Positions 1-12,702 of a stretch of DNA of 64,000 bases are shown piece by piece. The stretch is taken from assembly GCF_006345805.1 (NCBI RefSeq), contig NC_043003.1:65100001-65164000 (forward strand). Reading direction: 5' to 3'. Position 1 is the stretch's first letter; each line of letters begins with the position of its first letter. The translations under genes were made by a program, and so were the position numbers. The stretch is from Octopus sinensis. Taxonomy: Eukaryota. The notes under the pieces were generated by a model, which saw only the letters and a program-made list of their open reading frames with translations, was not told where the DNA came from and searched no databases.

Positions 1-98
1 TTTCGTCTTACGTAAAAACCGTCACATTCAAAGCACAGATGTGTACATGCATATATACATCAATACACAGTTGTCAATTATAAAACACGGCTATCACT

Positions 99-145
99 AA
101 ATAAACCTGATGATTGCGGTAACATGTGAAAGTAGTAGTTTATTT
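99..145 (+). ncRNA. Candidate minimal type I hammerhead ribozyme (Penelope-like), partly decayed
   Basis: AAATAAAC-CTGATGA-ttgcggtaacatgt-GAAA-gtag-TA-GTTTATTT: perfect 8-bp helix I (99-106/138-145) around an intact CUGAUGA and GAAA core and a GUA cleavage triplet. Helix II is weak and helix III has a G-G mismatch. Confidence 0.55.
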
Positions 146-525
146 CAATATTGTAAAAGTATAAAATTGTAAAATTGTGAAAATTGGAATTTCATTAATT
201 AGCAATTCTTCTATACATAATCATGGAAACTCCGATGTATATATATATATATATATATACACATGAATACACACACACACACACACACACATTATGCAAA
301 AGTGTCGTGAGTCCAAAATGTCACTTCTTCAGTAAACGAAAAAATAGCTTCACCTTTCCATAGCATAACCTTTGTACTACACTTTGATATCTTGGCATCC
401 GAAGCAGCTGGAGATACGTTAGTTTGACGAAAAGAACCGGCTATTGCAGGCAAAAATAAGTATTGACCCCCCCCCCCCCGAATTTGGACATTCGACAGTT
501 TAATATAATAGCAGCCTTATATATA

Positions 526-558
<33 letters not shown>

Positions 559-1019
559 AATATAAATATATATATATGTATGTATTGATACATATATGAA
601 GGGAGACACACAAAAGACAGGTACTTCTACCAAAAATTCTTACTATAAATTTTTCCTACGACGTTAAGCGACACAAAGTCCACTCACACATACACATACA
701 TATATACATATATAATGACTGCAATTTGTTTGTTCTTTTGAATATGAGCTGCATGAATGTTTCATTTCAGTTTTGGTTAGTACTTCCACCCTGTTATATA
801 AAAGTAGCAATGATGGGCACTTCTTGCAGTAGTTTTACAATAATGTTTTGATGAACCTTTATATGACATTACTGTCTGCCTCCTGCACGTTCCTTTCCAT
901 ACCCACAGCAGGCAGAGATACAGAGTAGTGCATAGTTTACAGTGTCCGGGTGGATGTGGCTTCTCTGATGGCTTGTAAGTCCTGTTTAACTTAGATAGAC
1001 AGACGTTACATGAGAGGGA

Positions 1020-1400
1020 AGCACTCCGTCGGTCACGGCGACGAGGGTTCCGGTTGATCCGAATCAACGGAACAGCCTGCTCGTGAAATTAACGTGTAAG
1101 TGGCTGAGCACTCCACAGACACGTGTACCCTTAACGTAGTTCTCGGGGATATTCAGCGTGACACAGAGAGTGACAAGGCCGGCCCTTTGAAATACAGGTA
1201 CAACAGAAACAGGAAGTAAGAGTGAGAGAAAGTTGTGGTGAAAGAGTACAGCAGGGATCACCACCATCCCCTGCCGGAGCTTCGTGGAGCTTTAGGTGTT
1301 TTCGCTCAATAAACACTCACAGCGCCCGGTCTGGGAATCGAAACCGCGATCCTATGACCGCGAGTCCGCTGCCGTAACCACTGGGCCATTACGCCTCCAC
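1020..1400 (-). mobile_element. tRNA-derived SINE, family S3 (body A + tail X)
   Basis: Minus strand starts GTGGAGGCGTAATGGCCCAGTGG (A box) ... GGTTTCGATTCCC (B box). Head and body are repeated at 24237 and 37617; the tail is shared with 26685-26866. Confidence 0.85.
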
Positions 1401-1569
1401 TAGACCAAACCCATAGGAGTATTTCTCTGGAATTCAATAGGAATCTCTTCCGCTACCCACTTATGCATTGCTTTCTCCCACAATGACGAATCGAAACCGA
1501 TATTTTTCCACCCATTTCTCCAGTAAATTCTTGATGCAGACTTGGTTTCGGTGTCTGTACTTGCTTTTT

Positions 1570-1703
1570 ACTTTCCGTTTCCGTCTACCAGATCCACTCA
1601 AAAGGCCTTGGTTTGGGGCCCCAGACTATAGCAGAAGACACTCGCCCACGTTGCAAAGCAGTGGGAATGAACCTGGAACCATGTAGTCCGAGGCAAACCT
1701 CTT
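1570..1703 (-). mobile_element. SINE family S1, decayed 5' fragment
   Basis: Matches the S1 head/body motif ccgtctaccaaatccactcac...gaagacacttgccc...ggaaccatgt seen in full copies at 35741, 49858 and 61425. Confidence 0.7.
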
Positions 1704-2014
1704 TTATATGGTTTGTTCCGAATCAACTCTTATTTCAGTGCTGTTGACATTACCGGATTGAATAGTACTGCCAAGGTGACGAAACCATAAGGATATCTGA
1801 TGATGGAGGTATGTTGGATTGTTGGTATGAACGGTTTTTGTATATGTGGATTGCTGGTATGACTGTGGAATAGTATTATAACAACCTTTTGATATATATA
1901 TATATGTATACACACATATAAGAGGGATGCCCACTTAGCGTATATAAAATAATTTTTCTGAATTAATATTCAATGTTTCACCCTTATTATTTTGATTTAT
2001 ATATATATATATAT

Positions 2015-2390
2015 ATCGGTGAGCCGGGCGACGTGTCCAGCCCATCTATGCTTGCTGCGAGTATACTCTGCGATGACATCTCTCACGCCGGACTTCTTTC
2101 TGATGATGTTGCTATTTATGTGCTCTGTCAACGAGATACCAAGCATTGACCTTTCCATGGCTCTTTGAGCCGTTACCAGTCTTTGCTCTTCTCTCTTTGT
2201 GGTAGCCCATGTTTCACTACCATATAATATTCCAGGCAGAACTGCACTGTTAATGAGGTTGGCGCGGGTGGTCCTGTCCAACCTTCCCTTGTGCACATCC
2301 CTTATGCCATTGAATGCCTTCCATCCGGCCCTTACTCTCCGTGAGATCTCCTTTTTGATATCCCGGCACATATTTACTTCCTGTCCCAGG
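2015..2390 (-). pseudogene. RTE-clade LINE reverse transcriptase C-terminal fragment (inverted segment)
   Basis: Translates to LGQEVN...EISRRVRAGWKAF...VLPGILYGSETW...QRAMERSMLG...RWAGHVARLTD, typical of the RTE-clade post-RT region. Confidence 0.85.
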
Positions 2391-2565
2391 AGTGGTACCC
2401 GCGTGAGCGGAAAAGACCACCCGGAAGACTTCCACGACGGTGGAGTGACGATTTCAAGAGGACGATTGGGATCACGTGGATGAGAAAGGTGCGATCCAGG
2501 GAGGAGTGGACAGCGTGCTGTAACCAGTGGTGTCAAATGGACGCCTGACGGACTGGTCGGTCAAA

Positions 2566-2570
<5 letters not shown>
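2390..2570 (+). mobile_element. RTE-clade LINE 3' end (sense segment)
   Basis: Plus frame from 2390 reads EWYPRERKRPPGRLPRRWSDDFKRTIGITWMRKVRSREEW...DA* (stop 2546-2548), the expected continuation of the minus-strand fragment. A short 3' UTR and (TA)n follow. Confidence 0.85.
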
Positions 2571-2603
<33 letters not shown>

Positions 2604-3894
2604 CGCATATGTGCATGTGCGTGTGTGTGTATGTGTGTATGTATGTATATATGTCTGTATAGATATATATGTATATATGTATTTGTGTGTGTATTTCTGT
2701 ATGTATGCGTGTATGCACGTAAGTATGTATGTATATATGTATATATGAATGCGTTTATGTATAACTGGAAGAAGCTAATGTTTAACTCTGTCGCTATACA
2801 ATGTTTCTCACTTCCGACACATTTATCCCCACTTCCCGTCTATCTCACGTATCCAGACTCTCTGAACAACACTGATTAAACTTACAAAAACCTCTAAATA
2901 AATTTACTCTGGTTGATGTACTGAGTGCTATGTAACAAATAGATGAGTGTTACAAAATAAGAAGTGTTGCTTGAAACAAGCACGAAATAAGACAAGAGAG
3001 ATTAGTCAGTTGAAAAGACACAACTCTATTCAAATCAGTATTAATTTACGGAAATTTCAATCGTTTGATTTTAATTAGTGTTACTTCAATTAATGGCTGT
3101 TTTTTGAATTTATGCATCCGCAAACCGATTATGCTCACTAATTGTATGATTGATTTTAGTTAATAGTAAATATTTAAGTCACTAAATTACATGTACGAGA
3201 CACTAATAATTGTTTATCAAGACATGTCTTACAACTTGTTTTCGTCCAGCCACATCGTAGATAACGTCTTAATAACGAATGGCAGAATGAAGACATACGC
3301 GTCTAAACACCGAGACTAATGAAACGGACAAGAAGTCACGTCACACAGTATAATCATACAAGCCTCAGAATTATTCTATTCATACGATCCTTAGCTTAGG
3401 CGATCCATATTGTGATATATATAACCATTTGTGCGTAAGACATTGCCCCTAATTTGTCTATTCACAGAAAGATATACACACGTAGGTAATCTTCATTTCT
3501 GAACATGTAGAGAACATTTTAGCGTACACATGTATCTGAGTGCACAAGAGCGTTCGTGTGTGCAAGTGTGTGCGTATGTATGTATGTATGTATGTATGTA
3601 TGTATGTATGTATGTATGTATGTATGTATGTATGTATGTATGTATGTATGTATGTGTGTGTGTGTGTGTGCGTGTGTGTGTGTGTGTGTGTCTGTGTGTA
3701 TAAGCTTTAGCGATGAGATTACTCTCTGTTACTCAGAGGATTCCGAATGTCACTGTTCGTGTGAACAACGATACGGGTACAACTCCGGGTACTTAGAAAT
3801 AATCTTAGTACTTTGATAATTATTTATATACCACGATCTTTATTGAAAACTCCACACAAACATGCATACACACAAACACACAGACACGTTTATG

Positions 3895-4199
3895 CAGTGG
3901 CGGACTAGGTCTAAAAATATTGGTTGCCGGGAGAGTAAGGGGTCCCACCGTAACTACAAGGGGGCCCAACCGCAACTACAATACTAACGTTTAATTTTTT
4001 TTCTTAAAAGTATTCTTTTCAACAGTCTAAAAACACAGCCTGGCTGAAATAATGCATTCTTCCAGAAGTGAATTAAAAATTCTCAAACTTGAGGGGATAG
4101 GCCCCTTAGATACTAACATAGGCCCCCATATATAGATTCTAATGGCGTAGGGGCCCACTTGCCATCGGGAAAGCTGGCAACCTGACCAGTCCGCCACTG
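3895..4199. mobile_element. Non-autonomous hAT DNA transposon (MITE)
   Basis: 12-bp TIRs CAGTGGCGGACT / AGTCCGCCACTG and a perfect 8-bp TSD CGTTTATG (3887-3894, 4200-4207). Confidence 0.9.
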
Positions 4200-4280
4200 C
4201 GTTTATGTGTTTGTTTTGCAAAATAGATATTGTTATATTTCGTGATGGTCCTTTTTTTCTGGTTGTGTTTAAGTGCAGCC

Positions 4281-4330
<50 letters not shown>

Positions 4331-4667
4331 GGGTGCGCATATGTATGGATGTGTGTCTCCATGTGTCCTTGTGTGAAGTTAAGTGTGTGTGTGTGTATAT
4401 ATGGTCACGTGTTTCATTCTTCATTTGCGTATGTATGTGTGTATGTACGCTTGTCTGTTCATATTACCTATGTACACCTATCCGTCTCTATGTCTATCTG
4501 TTTATACATACATGTGTATGAGCACACACACTAATCCCCACGCATGCGCATAAACAAACAAAAAGAACGCAGCACGGACAACGGACAGAGTCAACGACTA
4601 TTGAAAAGGTTGCAAGACGCAACGAAAATTTTTGGAAAAATAGGTAAATGAGTGGAAATTATTATTA

Positions 4668-5190
4668 TATGAAAACTAACGGGTTATTTTGCTGGAGATG
4701 ATAGAAAGGGTCAACTATCCACAGCCAGTAAACTAAGAGGATACTTGTTTTACTGGTCGTGCTTCAAGAACCCTGCAAAGAATTCCAAGCAATGCTGATT
4801 TTTGTAGGTGTTCTACCTTCACATTTGCACCCGATCTTTTTCAGTCATGCTGATAGTTGAGTGCTGATACTTCCAAGTGCACCAGTTACTATTGGCATCA
4901 CGTCTACTCTCTTCATTGACCACCACCTTCGTATTTCCCCACTTTAAATTATAATAGTTGTTTATTTTTTCTTTTTCTTTCACATTGATGCTGTTTTGCC
5001 GGGGCATGCTATGTCGATTATCACACATGTTCTTTTTTATTTACCACAACAATGTCCGGTTTCCGATATCTGGTCGTGTGATCACACTGGATCATTGCAT
5101 CCCACAGGATTTTGCAATTATCATTTTTGGTGACTCCTTCTGGAGTTGCTCATACCCCATCCTCTTTGTAGGCCGTGATCTTCACAGAGC
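4668..5190 (-). mobile_element. R4/Dong-clade LINE 3' fragment (subfamily C; RLE domain + 3' UTR)
   Basis: Decayed frames resemble ILWD..IQCDH...RPDIV and V.PIV.GALG. Homologous to 38889-39733; the 3' end abuts TTATTATTAT. Confidence 0.75.
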
Positions 5191-5412
5191 TCTTCTTCTT
5201 CTTCTTCTTCTTCTTCTTCTTCTCTTCTTCTTCTTCTTCTTCTTCTTCTTCTTCTTCTTCTTCTTCTTCTTCTTCTTCTTCTTCTCCTCCTCCTCCTCTC
5301 CTCCTCCTCCTTCTTCTTCTTCTTCTTTACTTTTAATCTGCATTTTTGTTACAATCTCTTGTCGAGACACATCCAGCGTCCTAGGGCGAGTGAAGGATTA
5401 TTCTTATTATTA

Positions 5413-7452
5413 TTCAGTAATCTTATTTTTATCACGTGCTTTCACTGCACTACCGAGCGAATCTCTGTGTGCTTTGACTGTGCTATGTGCTGTGATTTAG
5501 TAGTGCTATTTTCTGTATGTTATATATACTTATAAGACCTGGTGTTTTTTGTCATGTATTTGTCTGAATGTTTTTCTATCATACATAATGCGCCTGCAAT
5601 GATAGGAATTGTTTCTGTTGTTAGATTCCACATTCGAGTTACCTCTATATCCACATCATCGTATTTTGAAAGTTTCCCCGTTTCTTTTAGAGAAACATTG
5701 TCATCTGTTAGTATTGATGCATAGGTTAGAAAGCATTGTTTTTCTTGGTGATTTCTGACAACTATATCCGTCCTATTGGCCTTAATTGCTCTATGTGTAT
5801 TGGCATATCCCAGAGTATGGTTGGTGTCTTATTTTCTATGATCTTTTCTGGCGTGTGCTAATACCATTTTTTTCTGCTGTTATTTCATAGTGTTGGCATA
5901 GCTTCCAGTGTAATATATGTTTCGACTCTGTCGTGTCTGTGAATATATTTCTTCTTAGCCAGGACTGGGCAGCCAGAGACAATATAATTTATAGTTTCTT
6001 CTCCATCACCAAACATTCTGCAGTTACTTGTATTTCTGTTCAGTTCGTGTTTTTGGTAATTTCTGGTGGGAAGGCTTTGGTCTTGTACTGCAATTAAAAA
6101 TGCCTCTGCTTTGAGTTCTGAGCTTCTCAGCCATTGTTGAGATTTTGCTTTGTCTATTCGTTTTCTGTTGAGCTTAACCCAATTTTTGCCATGAAGAGAC
6201 TTTTCTAACCATCGTTTTATAATGATCAGTTGTTATTCCAGTTTCAGTTTGGATTTCAGTTCCTTTACAGCTTTTGTTGTTTTTTTCTTTTTCTTCATAG
6301 TTGTTAGGTATTATGATTTTTTTTCTAATTGTCAGCTTCCTTAAAGACTGAAAAGTCTTTTGTTTCGTGTTTTGTGGCTATTTGTATTAGTTTTCCTAGT
6401 TTCTGAAGAAGATATTTCTGTATTCATATGGTGGTTATTTTGTAATAGTTTTCTAACTGTATAAGGTCTCTACCACTTTTATGTTGTATATATAGCCTAT
6501 CTATATCAGATTTTGGATGGTGTATCCTAAGTCCTGTCATAATTTTTGTTTGTTTTCTTGTCTATTTTGATTAGTTCAATTAGAGTCCAGTTAAGAAGAT
6601 TGTAGCTGTAACTTATAACTGGGATGGCTAGCGTGTTGATACCTATTACCTTGTTTTCGCGTTGAGCACTCTTTCCAGAATTAATCTAATTCGTCTATAG
6701 TATTCCTGATATTCTCTTTCATTTGTGTGTTGTATCGTATCTAGTTCATTGATTCTTAAGTATTTGTTTATCTGGCTTTGATCTAATTCACTTATTTAAT
6801 TTGCTTTATCTAGTGCGATGTTGTTAATCTTAACTAATTTTCCTCTTGTCAAGGTTGCTTTGGCACATTTTTCTTAGCCACATTTCGTGCTTTTTCCTTC
6901 GGTAAATCCATGTAGTGTCTAGTAATTTTCCAGCTTTTTATCATTTCTAGCATGCAATTTTAGTTCATCCATACACACGAGACAGCTGATTGTTTTGCCG
7001 AAACAGTTGTATCTGCACCCAGTTCTGCTTAACATGTCAGATAAACGTGTCAGTGCCAAGATGAAAGGGCGTGAAGAGAGCGTGTTTTCCTGGAATATCC
7101 CTTTTTTAATGGGGATGGCTTTGGTTTCTATGAGTCCCCTCTTTTGTCTGGAACTGTAACACTGTCTGCTATTTATTCATGGATTGTTTTATATATTTTA
7201 TTATCGGTGCTACCTTGTTCATGGGTAGTGTTTCTCGGATTCATGTGTGGGGAATACTATCAAAAGCTATTCGATAATCAATGCAGGCCATACTTAGACC
7301 CTTCTTTTTTCTACAGCTGTCTTCAGTTATGGCTTAATTGATCATTCGATGATCTTTACAGCTGTATGAGCTCTTGAAGCATCCCTTCTGCTCTTCTGGA
7401 AACAAGTTGTTTTCTTCCAGATGATCGCACATTCTCCGCGATATTATTACAC
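5413..7452 (-). mobile_element. 5'-truncated, diverged copy of Dong subfamily A
   Basis: Reverse complement aligns along ~17730-19860 of the full-length copy, from the FPEEQKG motif to the 3' UTR cgctcggtagtg.agtgaaagcacg. The 3' end abuts (TTA)n. Confidence 0.9.
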
Positions 7453-7584
7453 GATTGTATTTAACGATGGGTTTGCTCGATCGGGCTAGTATCCTTTTAT
7501 TCGTTTACTTGTTTCAGTCATTTGAGTGCGGCCATGCAAGAGCACTGCCTAAACCGAACAAAAAAATCTAGCAGCTCAAAAGAT

Positions 7585-8092
7585 ATGTGCCTCCCTGCTT
7601 TCAATAGTCTTTCAAGGGCTTAGAAACAACCTGATAATCTTTCCTGTCCCTTAGAGGCAAACTTTCTGTAGAAGCTCTCCAGCACTTTCTATTCCAATCT
7701 CCTTCAACCATTTGTCTATATCCTTGCTTACATTTCACAATGCAACAATTATTATAGGCACAACATTTACAGTTTTCATATTCCAATTTCTTGCAATCTA
7801 AAATTTTAAAGGATTGTATTCGTTTTTTTTTTTTTTGACGCCTTCTTTCTTTACTGTTTTGGATTCAAACGGACATAATATATAAATTAGCAGCCTCGCT
7901 TTTCCTTGTCTATTATTTTCTAGCTTCTCGTCCGTTTGAATAGGAAGGTCCCACAAAATCTTGCATTTCTCCGACTCCAGCACGCTTTCAACCCTATGTC
8001 CATACCACGTTACTACAGCTTCAAATTCCCATTTCTAGCAAAGTTTACAGGGTAAAAATTTTCAACAATGTCTGTCACTGTCCCATTCTCGT
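7585..8092 (-). mobile_element. R4/Dong-clade LINE fragment (another subfamily, RLE region)
   Basis: VLESEKCKILWDLPIQTDEKLENNR motif; 5' side flanked by (AAT)n. Confidence 0.7.
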
Positions 8093-8110
8093 TTTATTAT
8101 TATTATTATT

Positions 8111-8417
<307 letters not shown>

Positions 8418-8869
8418 TATTATAAGAACTCAGTCATATGAGGGTGAATACACGATTAATCAGACGGAAGTATGGCTTCCCAATTCGGTTGGTGAAGCAG
8501 ACAAGGAAAGCTTAAATTTTGATTGGATAAAGAGATTATTTTTTGATTGCCAAAAGAAACTTATCTATCCAATAGGAGCGTATTTGATAAAGTTAAACAA
8601 ATAACGAGGGATTGTTACAATTAGAATTATAAAGAAGGAAACTCAGAGCCAATATGTCTACCCTATTGAGCTATTTCTGTCTTCTCCTATGCTGAATTGA
8701 ATAACTGAGATGCATCCACCGTTGTCCTCGTGGACGCTATCGTGATGAACGTTGTGAGAATGAAGACAAACATAACGAAAAGAATTGTAGCCACATGACA
8801 AATACACTCAAAATCAGATGAACTGAAGTTAAAGCATACACGCACAATCACACGCAGAAAAAAACACCC

Positions 8870-9350
<481 letters not shown>

Positions 9351-10079
9351 CTGCAGAATATATACGTATACGACTAGCAAGCCATATACTTACTAATCTG
9401 CAGCACAGAAATCGGCAATCAATAGGATACGAAGAGATCACTCAGATTGCAAATTAGATGTACAAACAGCGAGTTACATTCAACAGCTGTAAATCTCACG
9501 CCGTTCTGACGCTACATACAAAATATTGTATGGAGACACCCTTCTTATTCAATCCGAAATTACCTTACGTTCTCCAGTTGTTTTTTTTGTTGTTATATGT
9601 TATGCATTTTTTTGATTTCATTTGATATAATTTATTTATTTTTCTTTCTTTTACCGCATCTCTGAAACACCGAAATGAATAAAATTACAATGTTCTAATT
9701 AAGACTCGGAATTTTGCTAGTTTAAAATTATTTCGTTTGTTTTTTATTAAGTGTTATGTGCAAAACGTTACGCACATACACACACACACACACTCACATC
9801 ACACACACGTGCGCGTATGAATATAATACGATACGGATTTGGAAATGTTTTAGAGAAAGATATTATCAACTCTAATTCAAGTAATTAAAGAGTTTTAAAA
9901 AATAGACAGAAATTTAAACAGGATACTCTATCGTTTTATAGCTTGATTTTATTGTTATGAATTTTGAATTTTGTTTCATTAATAACACAAATATATACAT
10001 GTGCAAATAACCATATGTATTTATGTAGTTATGTGTGAGCGTGCGCATTTATGTGCCTGTACCTGTGTGTGTGTGCATA

Positions 10080-10811
10080 GAGGGTGTTCAAAAATCTCTC
10101 CGCAATAAGTATTGCATTCTTTTCTACACTAGGTACACGGCTCGAAATTTTGGGGGAGGGAGCTAGTCGATAAGATCGACTCCAGTACGCAATTGGTACT
10201 TAATTTATCGACCCAGAAAGTATGAAAAGCAAAGTCGACGTCGGCGGAATTTGAACTCAGAACGTAAAGACAGACGAAATAGTGCTATGCATTTCGCCCG
10301 GCGTGCTAAAGTCTCTGCCAGGTGCCACCTTCCGCAATAAGTATTTGATTGCAAAATAAATATTTATAATATGGTATAACACTACAAAAGAATATATTAG
10401 ACTTTGCAAAACTTTAAAAACTTTATAAGAGGTGTCAAAAGTGTTGTCTTTCATTTTCAATATATAAGTTGACTCTTCAACACATGTTTTGAAATGCATC
10501 TTGGAGAGTCTGACGCTTATTAAATCAGGTGATCTTGGTGGCCAAAGTCTCTTCGAAATAATCTGTTCACCGTAAAACTCTCCAAGTAGCGCCATGTTGA
10601 TGTGCGAAGTATGTGCGGTAGCTTCATCTTGCTGAAACACCCATTCAACTAAAATGCGTTCGTTCTTCAATGGTTAGTATGTCGACATGCTGAAGGGTAC
10701 ACAAAGACTGAGGGACATTGGCTGACACCCGGCCGCCCACGCATTAATAGCCAAGTTGCGCATGCGCAGGATGAAGAAATTCATTGCAGAGAGACTTTTT
10801 TGAACACCCTG
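10080..10811 (-). mobile_element. Internally deleted Tc1/mariner DNA transposon
   Basis: Imperfect TIRs (C/G)AGGGTGTTCAAAAA..TCTCTC.GCAAT with TA flanks (10078-79, 10812-13). Transposase remnant WVFQQDEATAHT...WPPRSPDL. Confidence 0.85.
10114..10330 (-). mobile_element. SINE family S2 nested in the Tc1/mariner end
   Basis: S2 head and central domain, with a 15-bp TSD TCCGCAATAAGTATT at 10099-10113 and 10331-10345. Confidence 0.9.
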
Positions 10812-11028
10812 TATATGTGTGTGCGTGTGTATGTGTGTATATGTGCATGTGTGTGTGTGCAGGTAAGTGTGTTAGGATAAATTACACATGATCTTCACAA
10901 GATCTGCATCTGAATTTATCATATCGTGGCATTTTATTCACTGAGATTATTCCACAAATAATTGGATACTAATTGGAATATTACCAACTGTAATGAAATA
11001 CATAAACAGAAAGACTGAATATCGCGTA

Positions 11029-12209
11029 TCTCTCTCTATATATAAAACTGAGAATGTGTGTTTGTCTGTCTGTGTGTTTCCCTAAAACTTGAGAACTACG
11101 CAATCAATTTCATTCAAATTTTACACATGCCTTACTTAGGGTCCGGGGAGTGTCATCGGCAAAAAAAAATTTTAACTTTTGGTCTAAGGCTAGCCCACAG
11201 CAATATCATATCTTTTCCACTACGATTCCCTAAATCTTGAGAACTACACAACCAATTTCATTCCAATTTTACACATGCCTTACTTAGGGTCCATGTAATT
11301 TCATGGGCAAAAAAATGTTCAAATTCTTGCCTAGAGCGAGCCCATAGCAATATCATATCTTCTCCACTATTTCAGTATTATGTGTTAAAGGTGAAAAAAA
11401 AAACATTTCTCTATTTTATGTCAGATATTTCACTTTAACAATAAAAATAATAATAACAATTGAATTATATGTAGTAAGTTATAATTAAAATCAAACTAAA
11501 GTATAATATAATCGTAACATAACAAAAGTAAAAATAGCAATTGGTATAAAATTGCATCAATGACTTGAACTTGAATAAGTGGTTTCACATGAATGGGAAT
11601 AAATTAAAAATAAAATTAGCGTGCAGAAATGGAATAGTCCAGATGGATAATAAAAAATTAAATTAAAGAAAAGACTATTGTCTATAAAGTATACAATGTA
11701 GAGAAAAAAGATTTGAACACCTGGAGGAAAGCACCATCGAAAAGTGTCTTGATGCGACTATGAAAGATATCTAACCAGAGGCGGTAAATTCGCCACAATA
11801 GAAGCAAGGTTCGAGTCAACGGAGCATGCAAGGAGTACTCGACTCGAACTTGCAAAGTGGAAATATTTTATTTTTACCTTTATATCTGGGACGTAGGACG
11901 TCCCGGATAAAAATTTAAAATGCCCCCCACCACCTAGCAGTAGAGGTAGGCTGGATTGTAGCCACACTTCTATACAAGAGGGAGGACAAGATACAATTGA
12001 TCGAAATTGCAAGAGACGGGCCTAAAATTCCACTCTGTTATATATTTTGAGCATTGTTATCACTAGCGATATCAAGATATAACTTTGTATTTTGTATTTT
12101 ATGTGTAGATGTATATATATATAGATGTACATGTAATATGTACACATACATATACACATATATACATGCACTAGCACTATGATCCGGCAACGACGGGTCA
12201 TAATGCTAG
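11029..12209 (+). mobile_element. Non-autonomous Helitron
   Basis: A|TC 5' end (TCTCTCTCTATATATAAAAC...), 3' GC-rich hairpin CCGGCAACGACGGG then CTAG|T. No TSD; internal ~149-bp tandem duplication. Confidence 0.7.
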
Positions 12210-12482
12210 TATTCATATAAAGAAAATGAGCATATATTTACTTAACAATGGTATTCCGGGGCAGCTGGATGTTTCTGTGACTATTCACTTCGTCAGGAGA
12301 TACTGCAAAAGATAAGTAACATCACTCCCCGCCCTATAGATCTCATCCGCCTCTGTAATGCAGCTATTAAACCTCTTCGAATACAACCTCCTCCCCTAAC
12401 ATGACACAAGTGTTCAAGTCTAGCTGTGTGTGCGTGTGTGTTTTTACACACACACACACACTACACTACACACACACACACA

Positions 12483-12537
<55 letters not shown>

Positions 12538-12541
<4 letters not shown>

Positions 12542-12702
12542 ACGGGCATTTTTCAGTTTTCGTCTACCAAATCCACTCACAAGGCTTTGGTCGGCCCGAG
12601 GCTATTGAAGACACTTGCCTAAGGTGCCATGCTGTGGGACTGAACCCAGAACCATGTGGTTGGTAAGCAAGCTACTTGCCACACAGCCACTCCTGCACCT
12701 AT
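12538..12702 (-). mobile_element. SINE family S1 5' half
   Basis: Near-consensus S1 head running into its internal (CA)n microsatellite. Confidence 0.85.
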
